DNA of 64,000 bases, from NCBI GenBank assembly GCA_044440125.1, contig JBITAJ010000012.1, positions 192,001-256,000 on the forward strand, given 5' to 3'. A model generated the notes under the pieces. It ran no database searches and was not told the DNA's origin. It worked only from the letters and a program-made list of their open reading frames with translations. Positions 45,614-55,005 of this stretch are shown in pieces (position 1 is the first letter of the stretch; the number at the start of each line of letters is the position of its first letter). The translations under genes and the position numbers were made by a program. Source of the DNA: Sedimentisphaeraceae bacterium JB056. Its GTDB lineage: Bacteria > Planctomycetota > Phycisphaerae > Sedimentisphaerales > Sedimentisphaeraceae.

Positions 45614-46480
45614 ATGGCAGTTGAAGTAAGCATAGTAATGCGTTCGTGCAATGATATTGAGTATATCGGCAAAACTCTTGAGATGGTATTCAAACAGAAT
45701 TTCACTGATTTCGAGCTTATAAATGTCGATTGCAGTTCCACTGACGGCACATATGATATTGTCAAGAAGTATAACCCCGATAAGTCGTATCAGATTTTGC
45801 AGTCTGATTATGTTCCAGGTCGTGTTCTCAATGATGCGATAGGTAAGTGCAGCGGCAGGATAGTCGTCTTTAACAATTCCGATTGTGTGCCTTGTGATGA
45901 GAACTGGCTTGGTAATCTGATCAAACCACTTCAGAATGGCGAGGCTATTGCTTCTTACGGATGTCAGCTTCCCAGAGAAGATGCCCATCCTCTTGTGAGG
46001 AAAGACAATTTGAGGGCGTTCAGTTCCATTGGCCAGAGCTGGTTTCATTTCTTCTCACTGGCAACAAGTGCGATTATAAGAGAAGAGCTTATAAGACATC
46101 CATTTGATAATGATATCCAGTATTCAGAAGATATCTACTGGTCGTATAAGGCGAGAGAGCGTGGATGTAAGATTGCTTTTGCCAAAGATTCTGCTGTTGA
46201 GCATTCACATAATTATACTTTCCCGCAGATTAAAAAGCGTTTCTATGGAGAGGGGTTTGCAGAAGGTGCAATATACGGCTCACGCGGAGTTGAAGACACG
46301 TTTCTGATGAAGGTGATAAAGCCTTTTATTGCAGAAACACTGCGTGATGTCGTTTACTTAATAAAGACAGCAAAGCCCCACTTGATATTCTATGCTCCAT
46401 TCTACAGATGGAAGCAGAAATATTGGGTCTACAAAGGGCTTAAAGATTATTTCAAGAGTTCAGATAAAAAGCAGGTGTGA
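45614..46480 (+). CDS. GT2 glycosyltransferase (rhamnosyltransferase-like)
   Basis: VSIVMR, VDCSSTDGT, NSDC, YGCQLP, YSEDI.W, HSHNY. Confidence 0.88.
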   Translation: MAVEVSIVMRSCNDIEYIGKTLEMVFKQNFTDFELINVDCSSTDGTYDIVKKYNPDKSYQILQSDYVPGRVLNDAIGKCSGRIVVFNNSDCVPCDENWLGNLIKPLQNGEAIASYGCQLPREDAHPLVRKDNLRAFSSIGQSWFHFFSLATSAIIREELIRHPFDNDIQYSEDIYWSYKARERGCKIAFAKDSAVEHSHNYTFPQIKKRFYGEGFAEGAIYGSRGVEDTFLMKVIKPFIAETLRDVVYLIKTAKPHLIFYAPFYRWKQKYWVYKGLKDYFKSSDKKQV

Positions 46481-46481
46481 G

Positions 46482-48797
46482 ATGCAGAAACTCCTTTATA
46501 TAGATACGCCTTTCTTTGAAGGGTTTGGCGGAGATAAAAACAGAAGCCGTTTTTTGTACGAAAGTCTGAAAGAAAAATATGAAGTTGATGTGCTTCTTAT
46601 AACTGACAGACCCAGCCAATATGCCGGCTACAGAACAATCAAACCGTCTCCCGCAGTATTTCACAAACCCCAATCTGTTTATAATTTTTCAAAAGAGTCT
46701 ATTGATAACTTTGAACGAACTCTTTTGACAGGAAAGTATGACGTGGTTTTCATTCGTTTCTGTTCCCCGGCGGCTCTTGCTGATGTAGCATCCTATATTT
46801 TGCCGGAAGCCAAGATTGTTGTTGATGTCGATATGCTTCTGTCAAGAATATCGGCACTTTCATGGCAGATGAACAGGACTATAAAAAATCGGTTCTATTT
46901 CCTTGAGAACATACGTTTGAGGTTTTTTGAACGCCGTTTCTTCAGGAACAACTATCTGTTTCTGTTCAGCAATCCTATAGAAAGAGATATGGTTGCCCGC
47001 AATGTCTACTGCGGCGGTGCAAGCCTTGAAATCATACCTAATATAATGCAGGATGCTGATCCGCAGGTTGATACACAGGAAAAATATCTTCTATTTTACG
47101 GGGCTTTGAGCTCGGCGGCAAATAAGGATGCTTACAGATATCTTGCACATGAAATTTATCACCATATAGAACCCGAGCTCAAAAAGAATAACATTCGTCT
47201 GAGAATTGTCGGCAAGAATATGGATTCTGAGTATCAGCAGCTCAAAGATCAGCACAATATGGAGATGGTCGACCTTGTCGGTCAGGTTGATGATATAAAT
47301 GCAGAGATTAAGGGTTCGGAGTTTGTGTTCCTGCCTTTACGTGTGGCATCTGGTACGAGAACGAGAATACTGGAAGCTGCAGCCGTTGGAAGGGCTGTTG
47401 TTACGACGACCATCGGCGCTGAAGGGCTTGATTTTTCGCCTGAGGAGATTGCGATTGCCGATAGTCCGATTACTCTTGCCGGAAAAGTTGAATCATTATT
47501 AGAGGATCGAAAATCTCTTGAGGAGATGGCGGCTTGTTTCAAGCAGAAAAGTGAGGCTCTTTATTCTGCTAAGGTTGTTGCCGAGGATCTGATAGAAAGA
47601 ATAGGTGAATATATGCCGCGAAGGAAAAATGTAGCGATTGTTACCAATAGATTTTATCCAGAGGTTGGCGGGGCGGAAACCAATATATATTTTCAGGCAA
47701 GGCGTTTGAGCAAGGACTGTAATGTTACTGTTTTCTGCCCGAAGCGAATTGATGCCCCATGGAGTGAACAGCTTGACGGCTTCAATCTCAGGAGATTGAA
47801 AGATTTTTTCAATCTTGGTGGCAAGTACCCTAATATAAAGACCAAGACCTTTACGCCATCAATATTCTTCAAGATACTTTTCGGTAAGTTTGATGTTGTA
47901 ATGTGTTTTCCGGCATTGAGTTACAATAATATGCTTGCCTTCTTCGCGTGTAAGCTGAGCAAGACGCCTATAATTCTGTGCTGTTTCGACTGGCTTGATT
48001 ACAGCGATATAATGCTTAAGGAAGGTCGTATTGACCCTACGATGATAGAGCGTCACAGTCCGAAAACGTATCAGGAGTTTTTCCTTCGCAGATTTGATTA
48101 TATATTCGCGATAAGCAACAAAGAGATTGCATTCTTCAAGAAATATAATCAGAATGTGGGATATTCGCCTGTGCCTATTTTGCTTGATGAGTATCAGGTG
48201 GAAGTTGACAATCCAAGAGCTAAATACAGTGTTAGCGATGATGAGTTTGTATTTTTGTCCTTAGGCCGTGTTTCCAAGATAAAGGGGCAGGATATAGCGG
48301 CAGAGGCGTTCGTAAGAGCGGCTGAAAAGATGCCGGATTCCAAGCTTGTGTTTGTGGGCAGATGCGATTACGATCCTGACATACATAGTCATATCAAGAA
48401 AATAGCAGAGGAAAAAGGGCTTACTGACAGGGTGATTTTTACCGGCATGGTTGAGCGTGAAGAGGTGCTTGGATGGCTTAGGAACAGCGATATTCACGTA
48501 ATACCTGTGCGTTTCATGAATTCGGGTGCGGTTGTTGTTGAAAGCTGGATCAGCCATACTCCTGTGCTTCAGAGCGATGTTGTTGATCCGAATCTTGTTA
48601 AAGACGGTCAGACCGGTTATCTTTTCCGTTCTGAATCTGTTGATCATTTGGCAGAGAAGATGGTTACCGCATATGAAAACCGAAGTAATCTCAAAGAGAT
48701 GGGTTTTGCAGGCGAAGAGCTTGTCAAACAGAAATATACCTATGAGTATCTCATAAACCTTTACCTCGAGACATTTAACAAGGTAAAAAAGAAATAA
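46482..48797 (+). CDS. Tandem GT4-GT4 glycosyltransferase fusion
   Basis: Start ATG 46482. Domain 1 has PLRVASGTRTRILEA..G; domain 2 begins IVTNRFYPEVGGAE and has LGRVSKIKG. Confidence 0.88.
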   Translation: MQKLLYIDTPFFEGFGGDKNRSRFLYESLKEKYEVDVLLITDRPSQYAGYRTIKPSPAVFHKPQSVYNFSKESIDNFERTLLTGKYDVVFIRFCSPAALADVASYILPEAKIVVDVDMLLSRISALSWQMNRTIKNRFYFLENIRLRFFERRFFRNNYLFLFSNPIERDMVARNVYCGGASLEIIPNIMQDADPQVDTQEKYLLFYGALSSAANKDAYRYLAHEIYHHIEPELKKNNIRLRIVGKNMDSEYQQLKDQHNMEMVDLVGQVDDINAEIKGSEFVFLPLRVASGTRTRILEAAAVGRAVVTTTIGAEGLDFSPEEIAIADSPITLAGKVESLLEDRKSLEEMAACFKQKSEALYSAKVVAEDLIERIGEYMPRRKNVAIVTNRFYPEVGGAETNIYFQARRLSKDCNVTVFCPKRIDAPWSEQLDGFNLRRLKDFFNLGGKYPNIKTKTFTPSIFFKILFGKFDVVMCFPALSYNNMLAFFACKLSKTPIILCCFDWLDYSDIMLKEGRIDPTMIERHSPKTYQEFFLRRFDYIFAISNKEIAFFKKYNQNVGYSPVPILLDEYQVEVDNPRAKYSVSDDEFVFLSLGRVSKIKGQDIAAEAFVRAAEKMPDSKLVFVGRCDYDPDIHSHIKKIAEEKGLTDRVIFTGMVEREEVLGWLRNSDIHVIPVRFMNSGAVVVESWISHTPVLQSDVVDPNLVKDGQTGYLFRSESVDHLAEKMVTAYENRSNLKEMGFAGEELVKQKYTYEYLINLYLETFNKVKKK

Positions 48798-48825
48798 ACC
48801 GGCGAATTATGAGTCAGGCGTTTTA

Positions 48826-49992
48826 ATGGACAGCAATATATTATTCGTAAACAGCAAGTTTGGCTTTTGGGGCGGCGTTGAGCGGTATATCTACGATACC
48901 GCTGAAATACTCAAGAGCAATGACTTTGAATGTCGCGGTTTGTTTGAGTCTCGCAGCGACAGGACAAACGGCTTTGATGAGCATTTTGTGTCGGTAGATA
49001 TTTACGACGGAAATTTAGACCAGATCAAGGCATTGAAAGATAGTGGTGTTTCCACCGCTTTTATCCATAAGATCTCCAATCCAAAGCTACTTAGAGAGCT
49101 TAATGAGAATTTCAAGACGATTGCTTTTGTCCACGATCATGATTATTACTGTTTGAGGCGGCATAAATATTTTCCTATAAACAGAAAGAACTGCCGCTAC
49201 AGCTATAATCCTGTTTTATGCTCAGTGTGTTCGGGGCTTATAATGAAGGACAGTAGCAGTCCGGTTAAGGTAAAACCCGTTGATTTCAGAAGTTATATAG
49301 ATATTTTTAGGGAACTTAAGAAGTGTGATGCTTATATTGTTATGTCAGATTTTATGCGTGATAATCTTGTGAACAATGGGTTTGACTCACGGAAAATCAC
49401 TAAAATCTATCCCGTTAAGCAGCCGCATATTATTAGTGAAGGCTCTGGAGAGGGTGAGATTCTGTATGTGGGGCAGCTTATTCGGGGCAAAGGCGTGGAT
49501 TTGCTTATTGAGGCGATGAGATTTGTTCGGAGTAAGTGTCTTTTGCGTATTGTAGGCACCGGTAATGATACCGATTATATAAAATCGCTTATTGATAAAT
49601 ATCAGCTTGGCGGCAAAGTTAAGCTTGTGGGCTGGTGCGATGACGTAGGTGACTGCTACAGGGATTGTGATCTTGTAGTTGTGCCCTCACGCTGGCAGGA
49701 GCCGTTTGGAATGATAGGTGCTGAGGCTTTCAGTTACGGCAGACCTGTAGTCGGCTTTAATGTTGGCGGTATCAAAGAGTGGCTCAAGGATGGTGTCAAC
49801 GGCCTGATAACCGAAGCCGGTAATACCCGTCAGCTTGCCGAAAACATTGATACATTGCTTGGGAACCCGGATTTACGCAAAATAATGGGCCGAAATGGCT
49901 ATGAAATGGTGAAAAACGAATATAGCGAAGAAGTGTTTGTTGAGAAATTCCAGTCGCTCTTGTATAAAATGTCGGAGGGCGATAATGTATAA
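48826..49992 (+). CDS. GT4 glycosyltransferase
   Basis: GGVERY, VGQLIRGKG, PSRWQEPFGMIGAEA; HDYYC..C..CxxC insert. Confidence 0.9.
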   Translation: MDSNILFVNSKFGFWGGVERYIYDTAEILKSNDFECRGLFESRSDRTNGFDEHFVSVDIYDGNLDQIKALKDSGVSTAFIHKISNPKLLRELNENFKTIAFVHDHDYYCLRRHKYFPINRKNCRYSYNPVLCSVCSGLIMKDSSSPVKVKPVDFRSYIDIFRELKKCDAYIVMSDFMRDNLVNNGFDSRKITKIYPVKQPHIISEGSGEGEILYVGQLIRGKGVDLLIEAMRFVRSKCLLRIVGTGNDTDYIKSLIDKYQLGGKVKLVGWCDDVGDCYRDCDLVVVPSRWQEPFGMIGAEAFSYGRPVVGFNVGGIKEWLKDGVNGLITEAGNTRQLAENIDTLLGNPDLRKIMGRNGYEMVKNEYSEEVFVEKFQSLLYKMSEGDNV

Positions 49993-51115
49993 GATATTTG
50001 TAAGCGGGTTTGCTTATGATGATGGCAAAAGCGGTATAAGCAACTATATTGACAATGTAGTGAAGTGTCTTGCTCAAGAACATCATGTTGATGTGATGGT
50101 GCTGAAAAAAGACGCGGCTATGTTCAGCGAGCGAAATCCGGACGTCAATCTTAAAATACTTCCTGACTGGATGGGAAAGTCAGCGGTAAATGCGATGCTT
50201 CATTTGTTTATTCTGCCGTTTATGCTCAATCTCAAGCAGTATGATTTTATCTTTCTGCCGGCAGGCAACAGACGCCTTTTCTGCCGTTTCCCTAAATGGA
50301 CGGTTACGACTTTTCATGATCTTTCGCAGTTTCATCTTAAAGGCAAATATGATAAGCTGAGAACATTCTATGTCTTTAACGTGCTTCGCAGGGCTTTGCT
50401 GAAGGTTGACAGTATATGCGCGATAAGCAAAAGCACGGCAAACGATATCAAGCACTTCTATAAGATTGGTGATGATAAGATATTCATTAATTATAATGGT
50501 TTTGATAAGAACAGGATAGAAGATAAGTCTGTTACAGTAAATGATTTGCAGGAAAAGTACGGTATTGACGGTAAGTTTTTGCTTTATGTCGCGAGAATTG
50601 AACATCCGGGTAAGAATCATCTCAATCTGGTCAAGGCTTATGAGAAACTCCCACAGGATATTCGTGATCAATACAGTCTTGTATTTGCCGGAAGCGATTG
50701 GAGCGGTGCTCAGGCAGTTCATGAGTATGTCAGCTCTTCGCCTGTTTGTGATAGAGTCAAATTTTGCGGATTTGTTGATGATTCTTACCTGTCCGCACTT
50801 TACAGATACGCCTCTTTATACGTCTTTCCATCATATTGTGAAGGGTTTGGTATTCCGATGCTTGAGGCAATGGCAGCGGAAACTCCTGTGGTTTGTTCGG
50901 ATAGGACATCGTTGCCTGAGATTGGCGGTGATGCCGTTATTACTTTTGAGCCTGAGGATTGTTATCAGATAAGTGACAGTATATTTAAAGTATTGACAGA
51001 CAATGCTTTGTATGATAGATTAGTTTCTAATGGTTGTGAGCGAGTAAAGGATTTTGACTGGAAAAAACATGCTGAACGGATCGTGAAGGAATATGAACGT
51101 GGCAATACCAGATAA
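49985..51115 (+). CDS. GT4 glycosyltransferase
   Basis: SGISNY, TFHDL, KNH, FPSYCEGFGIPMLEAMA; start ATG 49985 overlaps the previous stop. Confidence 0.9.
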   Translation: MYKIFVSGFAYDDGKSGISNYIDNVVKCLAQEHHVDVMVLKKDAAMFSERNPDVNLKILPDWMGKSAVNAMLHLFILPFMLNLKQYDFIFLPAGNRRLFCRFPKWTVTTFHDLSQFHLKGKYDKLRTFYVFNVLRRALLKVDSICAISKSTANDIKHFYKIGDDKIFINYNGFDKNRIEDKSVTVNDLQEKYGIDGKFLLYVARIEHPGKNHLNLVKAYEKLPQDIRDQYSLVFAGSDWSGAQAVHEYVSSSPVCDRVKFCGFVDDSYLSALYRYASLYVFPSYCEGFGIPMLEAMAAETPVVCSDRTSLPEIGGDAVITFEPEDCYQISDSIFKVLTDNALYDRLVSNGCERVKDFDWKKHAERIVKEYERGNTR

Positions 51116-52370
51116 ATACACACGCATTATTCGAAAAGAGTCCATGCCTGAGCGCACGATTCGTCTAATTGCCAGAATAATTTTCTCATCAGTAATTTTC
51201 TGCTTTGCTGTGCTGCCTGTTCTTGTGGTGCTTTTCTTTCGAAAGATATTTACAGGTCGCAAGGTCTTTGTTTCTGATGTAATACTTGGCAAAAATGCAG
51301 AGCAGATTTATGTACTCAAGTTTAACTGCACTTCTAAGATTTTATCGCAGCTTCCGCTGGTTTTGTGGGTGTTGGCTGGTAAGCTGCGGATTGTAGGATT
51401 AAGCAAAAAGGGAGTTGATTTTCCACGGACCGATGGAGATGAAGTATTGTTTTCTGATAAGCCGGGTCTGTTTACTCTTTATTACCTGCGGCAGAGCACT
51501 AAAATTGTTCATAAGAGCCAATTTGAGATAGAGCTCGAATATCTTGAAAACAGGGGCTTGAAATACGATATACTTCTTATTATCAAGACGATACCGGCAT
51601 TTTTCTATAGTACCGAAGGTCTCTCGTTTAGCGACAAGGTAAACCTTCTGGATGTCGAATTCGACAATATTACTATGAAGAGTGCAGTAAATCTTATGAA
51701 GAACACGATTTTGAATGGAAAAAGACGTTTTATTTGCTTCGTAAACCCTGATTGTTTAAATAAAATCTTCACAGATAGAGAATATTTTGATATACTACAA
51801 AGGGCAAATAATGTATTTCCTGATGGCATAGGGATTAACATCGCGTGTAAGATGATAAGAAATCCTATGCGGGAGAACATTAACGGCACTGATATGTTGC
51901 CATATTTATGCGAGCTTTGTTCGGATAACGGATTTGGAATATATTTTTTGGGTGCCAAGCCTTCGGTTGCAGAGAAGATGAGCGTATTGCTCAAGGAAAA
52001 ATATCCGAACCTGCGGGTTTGCGGGTTTGCTGATGGTTATTTTGACCGATCGGATAATCAGGGTGTTATTGATGGTATTAATAGCTCCGGTGCGGATATT
52101 CTACTTGTAGCTTTTGGTGTTCCGATGCAGGAAAAATGGATAGATGAAAATTTACAAGCTCTTGATGTCCCAGTTGTTATGGGAGTCGGCGGCTTGTTTG
52201 ATTTCTATTCTGGAAATATTAAAAGGGCCCCTGTATGGCTGCGGGAAATCGGCGGTGAATGGATTTACAGGATATTACAGGAGCCTAAACGAATGTGGAA
52301 AAGGTATGTTATTGGGAATCCGGTTTTTCTATATCGGGTTTTAAGATGGAAAATGCGTAAAATTCGCTAA
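51093..52370 (+). CDS. WecB/TagA/CpsF (GT26) glycosyltransferase with an N-terminal degenerate sugar-transferase domain
   Basis: FVNPD, PDGIG, NGTD, VAFGVPMQEKW, GVGGLFDF, RAP, EW.YR..QEPKRMWKRY. N-terminus has GKLRIVG, KPGLFT, ELEY..DI..I.KT. Start uncertain (51093 or 51144). Confidence 0.88.
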   Translation: MNVAIPDKYTRIIRKESMPERTIRLIARIIFSSVIFCFAVLPVLVVLFFRKIFTGRKVFVSDVILGKNAEQIYVLKFNCTSKILSQLPLVLWVLAGKLRIVGLSKKGVDFPRTDGDEVLFSDKPGLFTLYYLRQSTKIVHKSQFEIELEYLENRGLKYDILLIIKTIPAFFYSTEGLSFSDKVNLLDVEFDNITMKSAVNLMKNTILNGKRRFICFVNPDCLNKIFTDREYFDILQRANNVFPDGIGINIACKMIRNPMRENINGTDMLPYLCELCSDNGFGIYFLGAKPSVAEKMSVLLKEKYPNLRVCGFADGYFDRSDNQGVIDGINSSGADILLVAFGVPMQEKWIDENLQALDVPVVMGVGGLFDFYSGNIKRAPVWLREIGGEWIYRILQEPKRMWKRYVIGNPVFLYRVLRWKMRKIR

Positions 52371-52389
52371 TAGCGGAGATGTTGTTCTT

Positions 52390-53109
52390 ATGGATATAGA
52401 CCCTCAAGTAAGGCGAAAATTATTGGATGATATAATTGCTCAGCCGTCAGGCTTTGAAGTGTTTAAACGTCACTTTAAGGTTTACAGTTGGGAGGTTACT
52501 GTATACTTGTCTTTTCTTGCTAAGAGAATAATAGATATTTCGGGCGCGTTGTTTTTTATTTTGCTTCTATCGCCAGTATTTATAATTACTGCGGTAGCGG
52601 TTTATGTTGATGACCCCGGAAAGATTCTTTATAAGCAAAAGCGAGTGGGCAAGAACGGCAGGCATTTTAATATGCTCAAGTTCAGGTCTATGGTGACTAA
52701 TGCCGATGAACTTAAGAAGAAACTGATGGAACAGAACGAATCGAGTGACGGCGTTATTTTCAAGATGAAAAACGATCCTCGGGTTACCAAGGTCGGAAGA
52801 TTCATAAGGAAGTTCAGTATTGATGAATTACCTCAGCTTTTTAATGTCCTTAAAGGCGATATGAGTCTTGTAGGTCCAAGGCCGCCTTTGGTTTCGGAAG
52901 TGGCATTATATACGCTGGAAGAAAGAAAAAGACTTCATGTTCTGCCCGGTATTACCTGTATATGGCAGGTTTCAGGCAGAAGCGATATTCCATTTAAGCA
53001 GCAAGTGAGACTTGATTTGGATTATATACAGACCCAAGGGTTCTGGATGGATATAAAGCTTTTACTGAGGACAGTTCCGGCTGTTTTGCTTGGTAAAGGC
53101 GGTTATTGA
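52390..53109 (+). CDS. Initiating phosphoglycosyl transferase (bacterial sugar transferase, WcaJ/WbaP C-terminal type)
   Basis: KRIIDI, KFRSM, DPRVT..GRF.RK.SIDELPQL.NVLKGDMSLVGPRP, PGIT..WQVSGR. Confidence 0.95.
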   Translation: MDIDPQVRRKLLDDIIAQPSGFEVFKRHFKVYSWEVTVYLSFLAKRIIDISGALFFILLLSPVFIITAVAVYVDDPGKILYKQKRVGKNGRHFNMLKFRSMVTNADELKKKLMEQNESSDGVIFKMKNDPRVTKVGRFIRKFSIDELPQLFNVLKGDMSLVGPRPPLVSEVALYTLEERKRLHVLPGITCIWQVSGRSDIPFKQQVRLDLDYIQTQGFWMDIKLLLRTVPAVLLGKGGY

Positions 53110-53165
53110 TAGATAGTGTGAAATTTAATAATAGTTAGTATTTACGAATAATAGGAGAATAAATA

Positions 53166-53498
53166 ATGGAGCTAAATTTTGAACTGGTAGATGGAGTAGC
53201 AATCTTGTCGGTAAACGGCCGTCTTGATTCGAACAATGTTAACATTCTTAAAGATGAATTTGGCAAGCATATTGGAAATGAGCCTAAGTTCATAATAAAT
53301 CTTCAAAACCTTGAGTTTATAGACAGTACCGGGCTTGGCGGGCTTGTCTCTTGTCTTAAGAAATGTATTGAAGCCGGTGGAGATTTAAAAATTGCTCAAT
53401 TGCCGCCCAAGCCGCGTATGGTATTTGAGATAACAAGGGCGCACAAGGTATTCGATATTTTCGATGACCTTGAAACCGCTATTGAAAGTTATGAGTGA
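53166..53498 (+). CDS. STAS-domain anti-sigma-factor antagonist (RsbV/SpoIIAA/SypA-like)
   Basis: GRLD, FIDSTGLG with the conserved phospho-Ser, VFEIT; RBS aggag. Confidence 0.93.
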   Translation: MELNFELVDGVAILSVNGRLDSNNVNILKDEFGKHIGNEPKFIINLQNLEFIDSTGLGGLVSCLKKCIEAGGDLKIAQLPPKPRMVFEITRAHKVFDIFDDLETAIESYE

Positions 53499-53613
53499 TA
53501 GTTTAAGTTTATGCTATAAATTTGGCAATGTTTCAATGACAGTAAAGGGATGTACATTTAATTGTATTTTCAATTAAGCGGCATTGAAAATTTTACTGTT
53601 AAAGGCGGATAAT

Positions 53614-55005
53614 ATGAAGGCACTGATTTATTGTAAATCGGCTAATACCGATTGGGCTACCAAAAATTTTGGAGGACAGTCTCCGTATATGCTTCACGTG
53701 GTTAACAAACCGCTGCTGGAGTATTATATTGATTTCTGCGCTCTGAAGAATGTTACGGAAGTCAGGATAGTATCAGCGGATGATGATGGTAGCATTGCCA
53801 GATACTTTGAGGATGGCGGTAAGTGGGGACTGAGCATAAGCTATGGACTGGCCAAAGAGAATGATACGATAAAAAATGTATTCCTCAAGAACAAGGGGTT
53901 CTGTAAAAACAGTGAATTGCTTGTTATCGAAGGATATGGGTTTATCAATTATGACAAGTCTCAGGAGGATTACCCATTTTTCGAGAGTAATGTATCCACG
54001 CTTTTGCGATCAGGTAATTTCGCTGTGTATTATATATACAGGGAGGATATGGAGCAAAAAGTCGAGTGGCAGAATATAGACGATTGTTCTAATGCCGGTT
54101 TTACTATTGATGAGATCACAAATATTAGAAGCTATTATGATCTGAGCATCAGTATTATTTCCAATAAGTCGGAAAGGTTTGTTCTGCCTGGCTACAGCAG
54201 TGAAAAAGGTGTTTTCATTGGCCAGAATGTTGAAATTGCCAAAAGCTGCAGAGTTGAAAGACCTGTTATGATAGGCAATAATGTTCAGTTGAAAAATTCC
54301 GCCTCAATCGGTATTAATACTATTATAGGTAATAACGTCATCATTGATTCAGATGCAACACTAAGCGGCAGCATTGTTTATGGAAACAGCTATGTTGGGC
54401 GAGGTGTTGAGATTGTTAACAAGATCGTTTACAAAAACTGTCTTATATCACCTGATACAGGCGATGCTATAGAGATTGTTGACAGTTTCCTTACATCAAA
54501 GCTTGGTGAAGGGGCATTGACTAAGTCTTTCAGATATATCGTACATTATTTGTTTACCATATTGATGATTCTGATTCAGTTGATACCCATGACGGTCATA
54601 GGTATTCTTATGATTGTTACAGGTGCTAAGGCTTGTAAAGACAGTTATATCATTTCAAAAGGATTCCGTACGATAAGAATATCCGATTATGCCGCGAGCA
54701 AAAACTTTTTTGCCGGGATGTTCAAGAAATTTTCGCTGGATAAATTTTCGCTTTTTGTAGAAGCTTTCAAAGGTAATCTCAGTATCTCGGGGCATACTAT
54801 ATATCATGATACTGAAGAAAATCGCGAATTCATTGCAGAACTTCCTATGTATCGACCGGGTATTTTCACTTATACAGAAAGCATTGGTTTAGATGTTGAT
54901 GAGTATCAGTGTAGGATCAATGACAGTTTTTATTGTCAAAACAGGTCGTTGCTGCTTGATATTAAGATTGTTTTCGGTTCTATATTGAACAGGTTTCTCA
55001 ATTGA
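53614..55005 (+). CDS. Degenerate NDP-sugar pyrophosphorylase-like + left-handed beta-helix + degenerate sugar-transferase fusion
   Basis: ML.VVNKPLLEY, YFEDG.KWG; hexapeptide repeats IG.NV.I; C-terminal TM and LDK..KGNLSISG, RPGIF, RSLLLDIKI; no GxGxR loop. Confidence 0.75.
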   Translation: MKALIYCKSANTDWATKNFGGQSPYMLHVVNKPLLEYYIDFCALKNVTEVRIVSADDDGSIARYFEDGGKWGLSISYGLAKENDTIKNVFLKNKGFCKNSELLVIEGYGFINYDKSQEDYPFFESNVSTLLRSGNFAVYYIYREDMEQKVEWQNIDDCSNAGFTIDEITNIRSYYDLSISIISNKSERFVLPGYSSEKGVFIGQNVEIAKSCRVERPVMIGNNVQLKNSASIGINTIIGNNVIIDSDATLSGSIVYGNSYVGRGVEIVNKIVYKNCLISPDTGDAIEIVDSFLTSKLGEGALTKSFRYIVHYLFTILMILIQLIPMTVIGILMIVTGAKACKDSYIISKGFRTIRISDYAASKNFFAGMFKKFSLDKFSLFVEAFKGNLSISGHTIYHDTEENREFIAELPMYRPGIFTYTESIGLDVDEYQCRINDSFYCQNRSLLLDIKIVFGSILNRFLN

